Origin: Dehalococcoidia bacterium
Lineage (GTDB): Bacteria; Chloroflexota; Dehalococcoidia; Lucifugimonadales; Lucifugimonadaceae
Assembly: GCA_012270805.1 (NCBI GenBank)
Contig: JAAXHR010000342.1
Span: forward strand, 1-57,314
Length of the DNA stretch: 57,314 nucleotides
Direction of reading: 5' to 3'
This document shows, one piece after another, positions 1 through 8,344 of the stretch (within the stretch, counting starts at the first letter, position 1; every line of letters starts with the position of its first letter). The position numbers were made by a program, and so were the translations under genes. The notes under the pieces were generated by a model, which was not told the DNA's origin, did not search any database, and worked only from the letters and a program-made list of their open reading frames with translations.

Positions 1-10
1 CGTCTACAGC
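1..10. repeat. 10-nt terminal direct repeat CGTCTACAGC, identical to 57305-57314 (assembly overlap of a circular or circularly permuted genome)
   Basis: First and last 10 nt of the window are identical. The minus-strand operon continues logically across the junction. Confidence 0.6.
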
Positions 11-1377
11 GTCAGAAGTGTGTGAACCCACTGTCGAAGTTCCTTTCGTTCGACGGGCTTACTGTTGCCGATCCGTCCGACTTGGATCGCACCGGCTATG
101 TTTCCTACGAATCCTATCACAGCCGGAGGCGCACCGACAGCGGCTAGAGGGGCCGTCACAGCTAAGAAAGCATCCCCCGCACCGATCCGATCAACGACCT
201 TCGTCGCAAAGGCCGGTATCCGTTCCCACCGGTCAACGTCGTCGTCAGCTATGACGCACCCGTTGTGACCGAGGGTAATAGCGCCAACACTGGCGAGAGC
301 ATCACGAATCATCATTCCAAGTAACGTTTCGGGATCGCTGTGATCGTCTTGGAAGTTTAGCCGTGCTTCGGCTTCGTCCAGAACGACATAGTTAACATTC
401 GTTAGTTTCGTCCACTTCCGAAGGGTGTTCATGCCCCAATTCATAGAGTTCGCCTGAACGGTCAGGGCAAGAAATGGAGGGGTAAGCGTTGGAATAGAGA
501 TAACATCAAACAACCCATGCCCATAGTCAACGACAGTTAGAAGATCGTGTTCAAACTGATATTCAACCTCATTCCCGTTTAACTGTGACTCGATTTCGTA
601 GATAGCGAAGACTTTGTTCACAAATGGCTGTTCGACATACCGCCGTTTACGTAGTAGTACCTGTCGAGGCATTACATAGCCAGCGGACGAATCGGCTACA
701 GCTAACGTATGTTTCTGAACGCTTACTATACCTCCAGCCCATTCGTTTGATCCCTCTGCCGTCCATGCAACGATTGAATCCTTAGCCGATCTACCCATCG
801 GCTTAACCGTCACATATTCATCAATGATGTGTTCACCAGCACTGGCAACCCTTACCTTGCTTGCCTTGTCGAGCCACCGACGAACATCTTCTTCGCTATA
901 CCGCTCACGGAATCCCCGCAACCACTCCATCGTTTCTTCAGGAAGCGGCGGGGCAGCATTGTTCAGATATCGTGTAGTTGACCGTATCTCCGTCTCGGTG
1001 AAGACTATCTTCCCGCCTATCCGTTCGACCGCCTCACGTTCTCTGTCGAGGTTCCCTGCAAGATCGCCGTCTTCTACGTAGTCATAGCCTTTCGCGTAGA
1101 TGTCCGGCTTCACTACATACTCGATTAGCTGTGCGGCGTCGGCCTCCATGTTGATGATCGTCCGGTCTACGACACGAAGCGCCGTCAGCGCCCTAGCACG
1201 TTCCCGAACGTTGTGAACGGGGCGTCCTGGGCCTTTGTTCACGAATTCGTCTGCCGTAACGCTGACTACTAGCTCGGCGTTCTCCCCTCCGGCCAACTTC
1301 GCAGCGACTAGGTGATCGACGTGCCCAGGCGTCAGTACATCAAAGACGCCGTGGCACATTACTATGGTTTTCTTCAT
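4..1377 (-). CDS. bifunctional sugar-1-phosphate nucleotidyltransferase (RfaE domain II-like, N-terminal) / pfkB-family sugar kinase (C-terminal)
   Basis: N-terminus MCHGVFDVLTPGHVDHL...KGPGRPV...VVDRTI...KPDIYAKGYDY resembles cytidylyltransferase/HldE domain II with an (T/H)xGH motif. C-terminus has DRIGAGDAF, the pfkB signature. Start taken at MKKTIVM (ATGA overlap with the upstream ORF). Confidence 0.8.
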   Translation of the reverse strand: MKKTIVMCHGVFDVLTPGHVDHLVAAKLAGGENAELVVSVTADEFVNKGPGRPVHNVRERARALTALRVVDRTIINMEADAAQLIEYVVKPDIYAKGYDYVEDGDLAGNLDREREAVERIGGKIVFTETEIRSTTRYLNNAAPPLPEETMEWLRGFRERYSEEDVRRWLDKASKVRVASAGEHIIDEYVTVKPMGRSAKDSIVAWTAEGSNEWAGGIVSVQKHTLAVADSSAGYVMPRQVLLRKRRYVEQPFVNKVFAIYEIESQLNGNEVEYQFEHDLLTVVDYGHGLFDVISIPTLTPPFLALTVQANSMNWGMNTLRKWTKLTNVNYVVLDEAEARLNFQDDHSDPETLLGMMIRDALASVGAITLGHNGCVIADDDVDRWERIPAFATKVVDRIGAGDAFLAVTAPLAAVGAPPAVIGFVGNIAGAIQVGRIGNSKPVERKELRQWVHTLLTL

Positions 1378-1547
1378 ATTTTTATGCAATCTGGACAGAG
1401 ACCGGCTCTGACCTTGGAAGGCCGAGACTTCACACCGCAGATGTTACACGGAATCTTTTTCAGGCTCCTACGACGATTACGTTTAACTGTTGCCGAAGAA
1501 CCCCGCTTACGACGGGCGGCTGAGTTGTCGCGGTGAGTCTTAGACAT
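1374..1547 (-). CDS. small basic zinc-ribbon protein
   Basis: ORF with CNICG...CPDC. GAGAGGAA lies upstream of ATG 1547. Stop overlaps the next start (ATGA). Confidence 0.5.
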   Translation of the reverse strand: MSKTHRDNSAARRKRGSSATVKRNRRRSLKKIPCNICGVKSRPSKVRAGLCPDCIKI

Positions 1548-1562
1548 TGTTCCTCTCAGTTG

Positions 1563-1636
1563 TGGCAACCCCGCTAGGAGTTGAACCTAGCCCTCCGGTT
1601 TCAAAGACCGACGTGCTACCAATACACCACGGGGCT
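1563..1636 (-). tRNA. tRNA-Gln(TTG), CCA encoded
   Basis: Cloverleaf by hand. Acceptor AGCCCCG/CGGGGTT, anticodon loop CTTTGAA, T-arm CTAGG-TTCAACT-CCTAG, G73-CCA. Confidence 0.85.
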
Positions 1637-1639
1637 GTA

Positions 1640-1713
1640 TGGCACTCACGGAAGGATTTGAACCTTCACCGACAGGGTAACAACCTGTAATGCTACCGTT
1701 ACACCACATGAGT
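1640..1713 (-). tRNA. tRNA-Asn(GTT), CCA encoded
   Basis: Acceptor ACTCATG/CGTGAGT, anticodon stem ACAGG/CCTGT with loop TTGTTAC, T-arm GAAGG-TTCAAAT-CCTTC. Confidence 0.85.
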
Positions 1714-1718
1714 ATGAG

Positions 1719-1791
1719 TGGGCCTAGTAGGACTCAAACCTACGATCTTCGCTTTATGAGAGCGCCGCTTTTGTCGCTAAGCTATAGGCCC
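1719..1791 (-). tRNA. tRNA-Met(CAT) (elongator Met or Ile2-type), no CCA encoded
   Basis: Acceptor GGGCCTA/TAGGCCC, A73, anticodon loop CTCATAA. T-loop is TTTGAGT (U at position 56) and the D-loop AGCGACA lacks GG. Confidence 0.75.
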
Positions 1792-1798
1792 GTTGTAA

Positions 1799-1873
1799 TA
1801 GCCCTGGTCGGACTCGAACCGACACTTTCCGAATTTTAAGTCCGGTGCCTCTGCCTGATTGGGCTACAGGGCC
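1799..1873 (-). tRNA. tRNA with Leu anticodon TAA but a class-I body (5-nt variable loop), A73
   Basis: Acceptor GGCCCTG/CAGGGCT, anticodon stem CCGGA/TTCGG, loop CTTAAAA, variable AAAGT, T-arm GTCGG-TTCGAGT-CCGAC. Confidence 0.7.
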
Positions 1874-1878
1874 ACGGA

Positions 1879-1953
1879 TGGCGGCACGTAGGGGAGTCGA
1901 ACCCCTGTCTCGGCATTGACAGCGCCGTATCTTAACCGTTAGACCAACACGCC
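1879..1953 (-). tRNA. tRNA-Asp(GTC), CCA encoded
   Basis: Acceptor GGCGTGT/ACGTGCC, anticodon stem CGGCG/TGCCG with loop CTGTCAA, T-arm AGGGG-TTCGACT-CCCCT. Confidence 0.85.
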
Positions 1954-2223
1954 TTATGAAAACCGTCCCATCTCGATATAGTCCGCATCGTCGGGACTGT
2001 CGAGCAAGACGTTAGTCGAAAACTCCGCACGTTTCTTCGTTACCGTCACGATCTTCCGGTTTTCGCCAAGGTGAAGTTCGATCTCGTCGTAGTGAAAAGA
2101 TTCTCCCTTTTCGGAAACATATTGAACGGCATCACTCTCGGCCACGAACGCGCTGACAGCCATCTCGCTCCAAGAGTACGTAGATGGATCGAAAGTATCT
2201 TCTGTTACTAGCCACGCCTTCAT
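1954..2223 (-). CDS. hypothetical protein
   Basis: 89-aa ORF packed tightly between the tRNA array and the next ORF (start/stop overlap). Confidence 0.55.
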   Translation of the reverse strand: MKAWLVTEDTFDPSTYSWSEMAVSAFVAESDAVQYVSEKGESFHYDEIELHLGENRKIVTVTKKRAEFSTNVLLDSPDDADYIEMGRFS

Positions 2224-2645
2224 CAGAATATCCTCACTCCGAGTTCTTTCGCTCTTGCCTTCACTCCGTCCCGTGTGTAGCCATCTGGCAAACCGTCGAT
2301 GTCCTTCACATCCTTGAACAACCCGATTCCTGTCCCGCGCCTAGCCCGTATTAACGGCACGGTCATGCGAAAGTCATTCCCGCGCCAAGTCTCATAGGTG
2401 ACGATACAGTATCGCACCTTGTCCTTCTTCCGGCGCTTCCTAGCCGGTCCAACTGGACGACCGTCGTCTTCGACCGGTGTCTGACGTATCTCGGTTGCTG
2501 ACTTCATCCCCATGAGCTTTTCGAACTTACACATCTTGCACATATCACCCTTGTCGTGATCGTCACGGGCAGCTTCGAGCGACTTGTACACGCCGAGTAC
2601 CGAAGTCACGTCCCAATCCGACGACTCGACAATCCAGACCTTCAT
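2223..2645 (-). CDS. hypothetical protein
   Basis: 140-aa ORF, translationally coupled on both sides. Confidence 0.6.
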   Translation of the reverse strand: MKVWIVESSDWDVTSVLGVYKSLEAARDDHDKGDMCKMCKFEKLMGMKSATEIRQTPVEDDGRPVGPARKRRKKDKVRYCIVTYETWRGNDFRMTVPLIRARRGTGIGLFKDVKDIDGLPDGYTRDGVKARAKELGVRIF

Positions 2646-3796
2646 CAGACAAAGTTCACATGGAGTGGGTCGGGACCGGATGAAGGTACTATCTTCTGTC
2701 CACGATTAACGTGATTGTTGAGCGCACGGTTCGTTAGGTCTTGGATACATAATTGTCCACACATACGCTTAGCGTCGAAGTTGTCAGACCGTAGATAGTC
2801 CATGACTTCCCAATATCGGTCAGACTTCCATATGTCCATCCATCGCTGTTCAACAATGTTCCCGATGTGAAATTTGGCGAATTTCGAGTTGAAAAGCATC
2901 CCACAGGGCGCGACAAGCCCCGTCCCGCTCATTTGTATTAGGAATGGTGGGCCATAGCAGCGGCTATAGTCTCGATTATTTCCAACTCCGATCTTGTTCC
3001 ACTTCACCACGACCTTGTACGTGTCCGTCGAGTATCCCTCAGCTTCTTTCAGCAACGGATACAGTGATTCGTAGCCTTCGTAATCCACGCCGAGGGAACC
3101 GTCTTCATCATCGCTGCAATGTTTGATGATGGCGTAGTCAACGTTTAGTTCCTTTCCGAGCTTGGCGAACGGTATGATCTGATCGGCGTCCTGGGGCATT
3201 AGCACCATCTGTATGCCAATAGTAACCGGCAAGTCGTGTACGGACTTGTACATCGTAGCGAAGCGAATGTTCTTCGTCACCCGTTCCCATGCCCGTTGGT
3301 TGAACGCCATGATGTCTTCGTAGCGCTCAGGTGTTCCGGCGCTGACATTGAATCTTAGGTATGTGAGGTGGGGAAGGACAGCCGAAAGCGATTCTTCGGT
3401 TAACATTCTACCGTTAGTGCCAGAGGCCATACTGATACCGAGTTCCGCCCCGCGTTGAATTGTGTGTGTGTAGATAGGATTGAGTAGCGATTCTCCGTCC
3501 GAAACCAGCGAAATCCCCCTAACACCCATCTCCGCGCTGTCTTCCAAGAATCCATCGATCACGTCCTTCGTTATCTCATGTTCTTCGTTAGCCTGTAGCA
3601 TCGCGTAGCAGAACGAACAGGCCGCGTCACACTTCCTTGTCAGCGCCATGTCGATTGTGATCGGCGCGATGCGTTCCCCGTTCTCCCACTGGCGAAGCCG
3701 ATCATAGTGGTACGCTATTTTTGTCCCGTCTAGGATCATCTGTTGATGTTCTTCCGCAACGGAAGCCTGTTCATGCGGTGTGTGCATCGGAAACAT
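2645..3796 (-). CDS. radical SAM enzyme with C-terminal Cys-rich (SPASM-like) region
   Basis: CDAACSFCYA (CxxxCxxC) about 55 aa from the N-terminus. Extra Cys cluster CGMLF...MCGQLC. AAAGGGAA RBS. Confidence 0.8.
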   Translation of the reverse strand: MFPMHTPHEQASVAEEHQQMILDGTKIAYHYDRLRQWENGERIAPITIDMALTRKCDAACSFCYAMLQANEEHEITKDVIDGFLEDSAEMGVRGISLVSDGESLLNPIYTHTIQRGAELGISMASGTNGRMLTEESLSAVLPHLTYLRFNVSAGTPERYEDIMAFNQRAWERVTKNIRFATMYKSVHDLPVTIGIQMVLMPQDADQIIPFAKLGKELNVDYAIIKHCSDDEDGSLGVDYEGYESLYPLLKEAEGYSTDTYKVVVKWNKIGVGNNRDYSRCYGPPFLIQMSGTGLVAPCGMLFNSKFAKFHIGNIVEQRWMDIWKSDRYWEVMDYLRSDNFDAKRMCGQLCIQDLTNRALNNHVNRGQKIVPSSGPDPLHVNFV

Positions 3797-3998
3797 TTAT
3801 TCCCTTTGATGAAATTGTGACGACGTGTAACTCACACGAAACTAACCCATCACCATAACGAAACCAATTTTTCGGTAGGGATACGGACGGCTGATTATAA
3901 CTTGTAGCAGTTCCGGTGGTTCCAACCATTACACGCATCCACGGTGCAGAGAATTCAACTTGACGGTGACATATAGAACATTCTGATTTCCTTCTCAT
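3771..3998 (-). CDS. hypothetical protein
   Basis: 75-aa ORF preceded by GGGGCGTGAAGGT, the same box as upstream of the ORF starting at 4125. Confidence 0.4.
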   Translation of the reverse strand: MRRKSECSICHRQVEFSAPWMRVMVGTTGTATSYNQPSVSLPKNWFRYGDGLVSCELHVVTISSKGINVSDAHTA

Positions 3999-4011
3999 AC
4001 CTTCACGCCCC

Positions 4012-4125
4012 TTAACTGTGTGTCCAAACGTCCCACGCTAGCCGTATCAACGCCCATACGAAAATTATAAAGGCAAAGGCAACTCCGACGCCTGAACCTA
4101 TCACTATCCACATCCAACAGGGCAT
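4012..4125 (-). CDS. small hydrophobic (single-TM) protein, 37 aa
   Basis: MPCWMWIVIGSGVGVAFAFIIFVWALIRLAW.... Start overlaps the upstream stop (TAATG) and is preceded by GGGGCGTGAAGGT. Confidence 0.35.
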   Translation of the reverse strand: MPCWMWIVIGSGVGVAFAFIIFVWALIRLAWDVWTHS

Positions 4126-4439
4126 TAGACCTTCACGCCCCGTAATCGTACCCGTAAGGCGTTCATGTCGCCGGTCGGTTCTAAGAATACCTCAATCCAC
4201 GGCCACATTGTACGAAGAAGCCTTTCAACTTCCAGAAGCGCCGATCCGCGTTCAGCTATCGACAGATCAGGCTTTACACATCGCAGGGTTATACGTCCGC
4301 GTCTATCAGCCCTGACGACTTCCCACCACAGAGCGATACGTGCCTTCGATACGACGCCCATGTTCACATCAACTAAGACGCGGCGATCTTCGTCGGACAT
4401 CGCTAGCCATTCCTTAGACGGTCGTGGATCGTATGTCAT
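4125..4439 (-). CDS. hypothetical protein
   Basis: 104-aa ORF, ATGA-coupled to the upstream small ORF. Confidence 0.55.
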   Translation of the reverse strand: MTYDPRPSKEWLAMSDEDRRVLVDVNMGVVSKARIALWWEVVRADRRGRITLRCVKPDLSIAERGSALLEVERLLRTMWPWIEVFLEPTGDMNALRVRLRGVKV

Positions 4440-4597
4440 ATATCCTCACAGTTACAGAACTCGTAGTGACCATATCCGTACCCGACGCCGGTGTACCCAT
4501 CGAGGACGAAGTGATGAACCATCATGTGTTGTTTAACTTGACGTTTTCGTTTTTCTTCCGGCGTCTCGGTAAACAACTTCTTCAACCATTGGATCAT
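4436..4597 (-). CDS. small hypothetical protein, 53 aa
   Basis: MIQWLKKLFTETPEEKRKRQ.... ATGA overlaps at both ends (with 4597..5580 and 4125..4439). Confidence 0.45.
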   Translation of the reverse strand: MIQWLKKLFTETPEEKRKRQVKQHMMVHHFVLDGYTGVGYGYGHYEFCNCEDI

Positions 4598-5580
4598 CAA
4601 AACGCCTCGATCCGTCCATCCCTCACAGGAAGAACATCATCGTCCAGTTGAACCGTCTGATGTGGAAGGCCGAGCATGTCAGCGGCCTTATGCCAGATAC
4701 GCGCCGCTGTCGGATACCACTGTCGTTCGAGATGTTCAGCGGTAGGGCACGGCGTATTCGGTGGCTGTACTAGCCCTACGCTGTATCCGGCCTGGGACAG
4801 ATTCGAAACTAGCCAGTCCGCTTGGCCGTGGGCGGTATCTACAACAACGATGGGAACATTATGTCCATGTAAAGAAGGCGGATACCAGTGAAGGAGTTCT
4901 TCGACAGGGTTAACAGTAGCATGAACACCAGAATCGTTCATCGCGTTTGCCGCCGCCATTGCTTCTAAAACACAATCACCTAGTGTCGTGAAGACAATCT
5001 TCGGGCTACGTGGAGGTTTCCGAATACCGTAATCCCATAACGCTTTTGAGTATTGATACATCCGGCGAGGCTCGATTATGATCGACGGCTTTCCTTCGAG
5101 ACATGATTTTCTAAAGAACCACTGAACCGTATGAGCGAACACCGGATAGTACACGTTCAGCCCAGGAACCGACTGTAGCCATCCGTGGAACGATTGGCTG
5201 TGAGTTGGGCCTTGCCCCCATCCACGACCGACCAGCATCCGTATGATGATCGGCAAGTTCTGGCCGCCATGAAGCCACGGCCATTTTGCAATCGTGTTTA
5301 CCATATGCTCGAAGGCCAGCAATGAGAACTCGGCCCTAGCGTGGACATATATGGGACGTAACCCGTTCGACGCCATCCCCGCCAACGCTCCGGTTAGCAG
5401 GTTTTCAGACAATGGTGTCTCGTAGACGCGATCAGGATACTTTTCGTGTGCCGCCTTCGTTGTTCCGAATATACCCTTCGGATCGGCGACACCTTCACCG
5501 AGAACGATAACAGATTCATCATCGTCCATTAACCGGACAGTCGTAGAGGCGATTTCCTGGGCATAAGTGACGGTAGACAC
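4597..5580 (-). CDS. ThDP-dependent enzyme, E1 beta / transketolase C-terminal-like subunit
   Basis: GEGVADPKGIFGTTK...YETPLSENLLTGALAGMASNGLRPI matches the pyrimidine-binding domain pattern of 2-oxoacid dehydrogenase E1 beta. Confidence 0.75.
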   Translation of the reverse strand: MSTVTYAQEIASTTVRLMDDDESVIVLGEGVADPKGIFGTTKAAHEKYPDRVYETPLSENLLTGALAGMASNGLRPIYVHARAEFSLLAFEHMVNTIAKWPWLHGGQNLPIIIRMLVGRGWGQGPTHSQSFHGWLQSVPGLNVYYPVFAHTVQWFFRKSCLEGKPSIIIEPRRMYQYSKALWDYGIRKPPRSPKIVFTTLGDCVLEAMAAANAMNDSGVHATVNPVEELLHWYPPSLHGHNVPIVVVDTAHGQADWLVSNLSQAGYSVGLVQPPNTPCPTAEHLERQWYPTAARIWHKAADMLGLPHQTVQLDDDVLPVRDGRIEAF

Positions 5581-5584
5581 TAGG

Positions 5585-5827
5585 CTAGTCCTTTACGTGG
5601 CTGTACGGCGATCCTCGAAAGCCTGAAGGGGTATCCGCAGCCCATAGATAGCCGTGAATGAAGCAACCCACTTCTAACCACTCTGCACAACTGGAGCAAA
5701 CATAGACAATCAAACTGATATTCCATTCGTGAAGGTGAAAGGCAAAGGTACACGTAACTCTGCCACTACATTTCGATAAGTAACGTAACCCTGTAAATAG
5801 AGGCACATTCTCACAATACTTAGGCAT
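5585..5827 (-). CDS. hypothetical Cys-rich protein
   Basis: 80-aa ORF in the operon gap. No recognisable domain. Confidence 0.35.
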   Translation of the reverse strand: MPKYCENVPLFTGLRYLSKCSGRVTCTFAFHLHEWNISLIVYVCSSCAEWLEVGCFIHGYLWAADTPSGFRGSPYSHVKD

Positions 5828-5989
5828 CTACTTCACTACTGAGACTATCACTTCGACCAGTACCATCAAAAACCATATCCAAAACAGAAATAAGACAATC
5901 CCCATCGGGACGAAGACGAAAAGCCATATTGCACATCCGACTGCCATGTCCATAACCGAAAGCCTGTCGTCCTCCGGCTTTTTCGCCAT
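5828..5989 (-). CDS. small membrane protein, 53 aa
   Basis: MAKKPEDDRLSVMDMAVGCAIWLFVFVPMGIVLFLFWIWFLMVLV... Confidence 0.4.
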   Translation of the reverse strand: MAKKPEDDRLSVMDMAVGCAIWLFVFVPMGIVLFLFWIWFLMVLVEVIVSVVK

Positions 5990-5993
5990 CTAC

Positions 5994-6893
5994 TCACGAT
6001 CTGTCTCCCACCTTCTCGAACGCTTCCCTGACCTCGGTGTTGACCGCAGACCATATCTTCTTCATCGCGTGTTGACCGTGTTCACCTTCGATCTTAGCAC
6101 CGAGTAGGTCAACGGGATCGCGGTCCATATGCCACTGCCCTTCATCTTCGAGCGACCGGTATCCCATGTCCCAATCGTCTTCCATACCAACGTGTGCCTT
6201 ATACCGATAGGTGAAGATTGAGACGAAGGCAGGTCGTTCAATGGCTAATGAACTATTTACAGTCCTGAATACCGCCTCACAGCCATCTGCATAACGGTCT
6301 AAAACCTTCTCACGAAAAGGTTTTGATGGAAATTTTGACCCCTGCCGGTACTTCAACGCCGTCTGTGTTGCATACCCGTTATCCTCCATCACGAACAGGA
6401 TCGGCAGCTTCCAGAGCGCCGCTAGGTTCAGTGCTTCCCAAAACTGGCCCGTCTCAGGAACAGAGTCGCCGAAGTAGGCTACAGCAACCGCCTGGGATTT
6501 CTGGCGCTGAAGGGCCAGCGCCGCGCCAACTGCAACGCTGACACAATCCCCGACGACCGCAAACGATCCCATGAAGCCGCAACGTGGATCAGTAAGATAC
6601 ATAGAACCACCATAGCCGCCAGTACAACCGTCCGGTTTCCCGTATAGCTCGGCAACCATAGCGTCAAGACTACCGCCCTTTGCAAGATAGGGCGCGTGTG
6701 ACCTGTGCGATGCGTAGACAAGGCTTCCCTCCGGCAATGCCATCATCGTTCCGACCGCCGCCGCCTCCTGGCCGACGCTGAGGTGTACAGGAGTTTTCAT
6801 CTGTCCGGCTGGATACCGCTCGATTATCGCTTCCTCGACCTTTCGGATACGGTACATCTGACGGTAGGCTTCGAGTTCGTTGAAGTTACTCAC
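5994..6893 (-). CDS. ThDP-dependent enzyme, E1 alpha-like subunit
   Basis: HLSVGQEAAAVG plus ThDP-binding motif GDSVPETGQFWEALNLAALWKLPILFVMEDNGYA. Confidence 0.8.
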   Translation of the reverse strand: MSNFNELEAYRQMYRIRKVEEAIIERYPAGQMKTPVHLSVGQEAAAVGTMMALPEGSLVYASHRSHAPYLAKGGSLDAMVAELYGKPDGCTGGYGGSMYLTDPRCGFMGSFAVVGDCVSVAVGAALALQRQKSQAVAVAYFGDSVPETGQFWEALNLAALWKLPILFVMEDNGYATQTALKYRQGSKFPSKPFREKVLDRYADGCEAVFRTVNSSLAIERPAFVSIFTYRYKAHVGMEDDWDMGYRSLEDEGQWHMDRDPVDLLGAKIEGEHGQHAMKKIWSAVNTEVREAFEKVGDRS

Positions 6894-7068
6894 ACCAGTG
6901 ATCCTCTACTTTTGACAATGCAAGCTGGTAACCGTAGTCAATAACCTCGTAACAATATCCAGTATGAGGACTTCTATCTAGATGCCAATGCTTATCTTCA
7001 TAAACCGGTCTCCCACACCCGACCGCGAAGATCACCGTCGTCACCAGAACGATTAATAGCTTCTTCAT
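6886..7068 (-). CDS. putative lipoprotein
   Basis: MKKLLIVLVTTVIFAVGC gives a signal peptide plus lipobox. ATGA overlap with the upstream ORF. Confidence 0.55.
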   Translation of the reverse strand: MKKLLIVLVTTVIFAVGCGRPVYEDKHWHLDRSPHTGYCYEVIDYGYQLALSKVEDHWCE

Positions 7069-7487
7069 TCGGGAATTTCCTTCGTGACTAGCTGCCACGT
7101 CGTCCCGCCCCGACTGACACCTAACCCCATGATCGCCCGTCCCGTCTGGCCCTGTTCAGCGGCCCACAGAGGCGTATTCCGGTGCATCCGGTAGTATCCA
7201 CCCTTCCATCCCTGATATTTTCGCCCTACGGCACCCTTACACACCGAGAGAAGATGGCCGACAGACCGAGGTTCTTCCTTGGAGTCAAGCGCGAAGTCTT
7301 CATAGTAGCCACGGTAGCTATAACCGTGCCCTACGTACTCCGAGTTGAAATCGAACGTGATCGGCGCGTCTTGTGGCAAGCCTTCTAGCTTATCGATCAT
7401 CTCTCCGAGCGTCACGTGATAGTTAGCCCGTGTTTCCTGCATTGCTTTCGTTACAACGTCCCTTATTTCGCCTAAGCTCATATTCAC
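7065..7487 (-). CDS. hypothetical protein
   Basis: 140-aa ORF. Confidence 0.6.
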   Translation of the reverse strand: MNMSLGEIRDVVTKAMQETRANYHVTLGEMIDKLEGLPQDAPITFDFNSEYVGHGYSYRGYYEDFALDSKEEPRSVGHLLSVCKGAVGRKYQGWKGGYYRMHRNTPLWAAEQGQTGRAIMGLGVSRGGTTWQLVTKEIPE

Positions 7488-7747
7488 TCCCTTCGGTGCC
7501 AGCTACCCCTGCCAGCAATCTGCCGCTGTCGTTCTTCCCAACGCGACGGTTCCGATCCACGTTCGACCCTTCCCGCCATAGCGCAACTTCGTAGTACTTC
7601 GTTACGCTGCGTCCGGCAGTCCTGCATATTAGCTCTACGCTACCGGTTCCCCGTCACGGATTACTTGAAGAAGGTCTTCGTGTAAGTCCCATGCCGCGCC
7701 ACGGAAATATTTCACCGTGGCATCCTCATGAACGTTACCGTGTTTGG

Positions 7748-8023
7748 TCACGATAGCCATCCTCCGAGCGCACCGAGCGCCATCGCTATCACCAGACACA
7801 CCGCAGCAACTTGTAAGTGCCCCTTGACCACCGACATCCAACTAACGGGATCAATGACGCCCATCAATAAGTTGTGGCTCGGATGGAACGGTTCCCACCC
7901 CGCCTCTAGTGCCCTCTGTTCACGGCTAGAGGTTGTCTTCATGTCCGTCAGCGACGATTCGATCACCTTCTGCGTCGCCTTCGGTAGTACGTACCCGTCT
8001 TTCACCTTCAACTTAACTGACAT
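7748..8023 (-). CDS. hypothetical protein with C-terminal TM segment
   Basis: 91-aa ORF ending in AAVCLVIAMALGALGGWL. Confidence 0.5.
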   Translation of the reverse strand: MSVKLKVKDGYVLPKATQKVIESSLTDMKTTSSREQRALEAGWEPFHPSHNLLMGVIDPVSWMSVVKGHLQVAAVCLVIAMALGALGGWLS

Positions 8024-8344
8024 CTACTTCCGTCCTTTCTTTTCCTTCAGGTGCTTCGTTCCTGCTAATAACCGTTCAGCGTTCGTCTTCATCTGATCGC
8101 GCTCGGCCTTCGTCGTGCCCTGTAGAGGAATCTTGGGTATCGGCTTCCAGTAGTACGGGTAACAACGGTTACAGAGCGGGCCACCGTCTAGGACACGTAG
8201 GTGATAGGACAGGGAACCGCAACCATGGGGTAATAAGCGAATAGTGTGACGCCGGTCGTCAAAAGGCCAAGGGGAATATTCGACAGAAGGCAGAGACGGA
8301 CGGCGTGTAGGTCGCGGTGAGGGTGTGTTACGATTGTTCTGCAT
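8024..8344 (-). CDS. hypothetical protein (Cys-containing, basic C-terminus)
   Basis: 106-aa ORF with AAAGGAACAAACACCG upstream of the ATG. Confidence 0.55.
   Translation of the reverse strand: MQNNRNTPSPRPTRRPSLPSVEYSPWPFDDRRHTIRLLPHGCGSLSYHLRVLDGGPLCNRCYPYYWKPIPKIPLQGTTKAERDQMKTNAERLLAGTKHLKEKKGRK

Noticed and set aside
1799-1873. Suppressor tRNAs or stop-codon reassignment, because the anticodons read TAA and TAG.
   Set aside because: Written 5'->3', anticodons UAA and UAG decode UUA and CUA (Leu). Suppressors would be UUA, CUA or UCA. Long ORFs throughout the window terminate normally at TAA, TAG and TGA.
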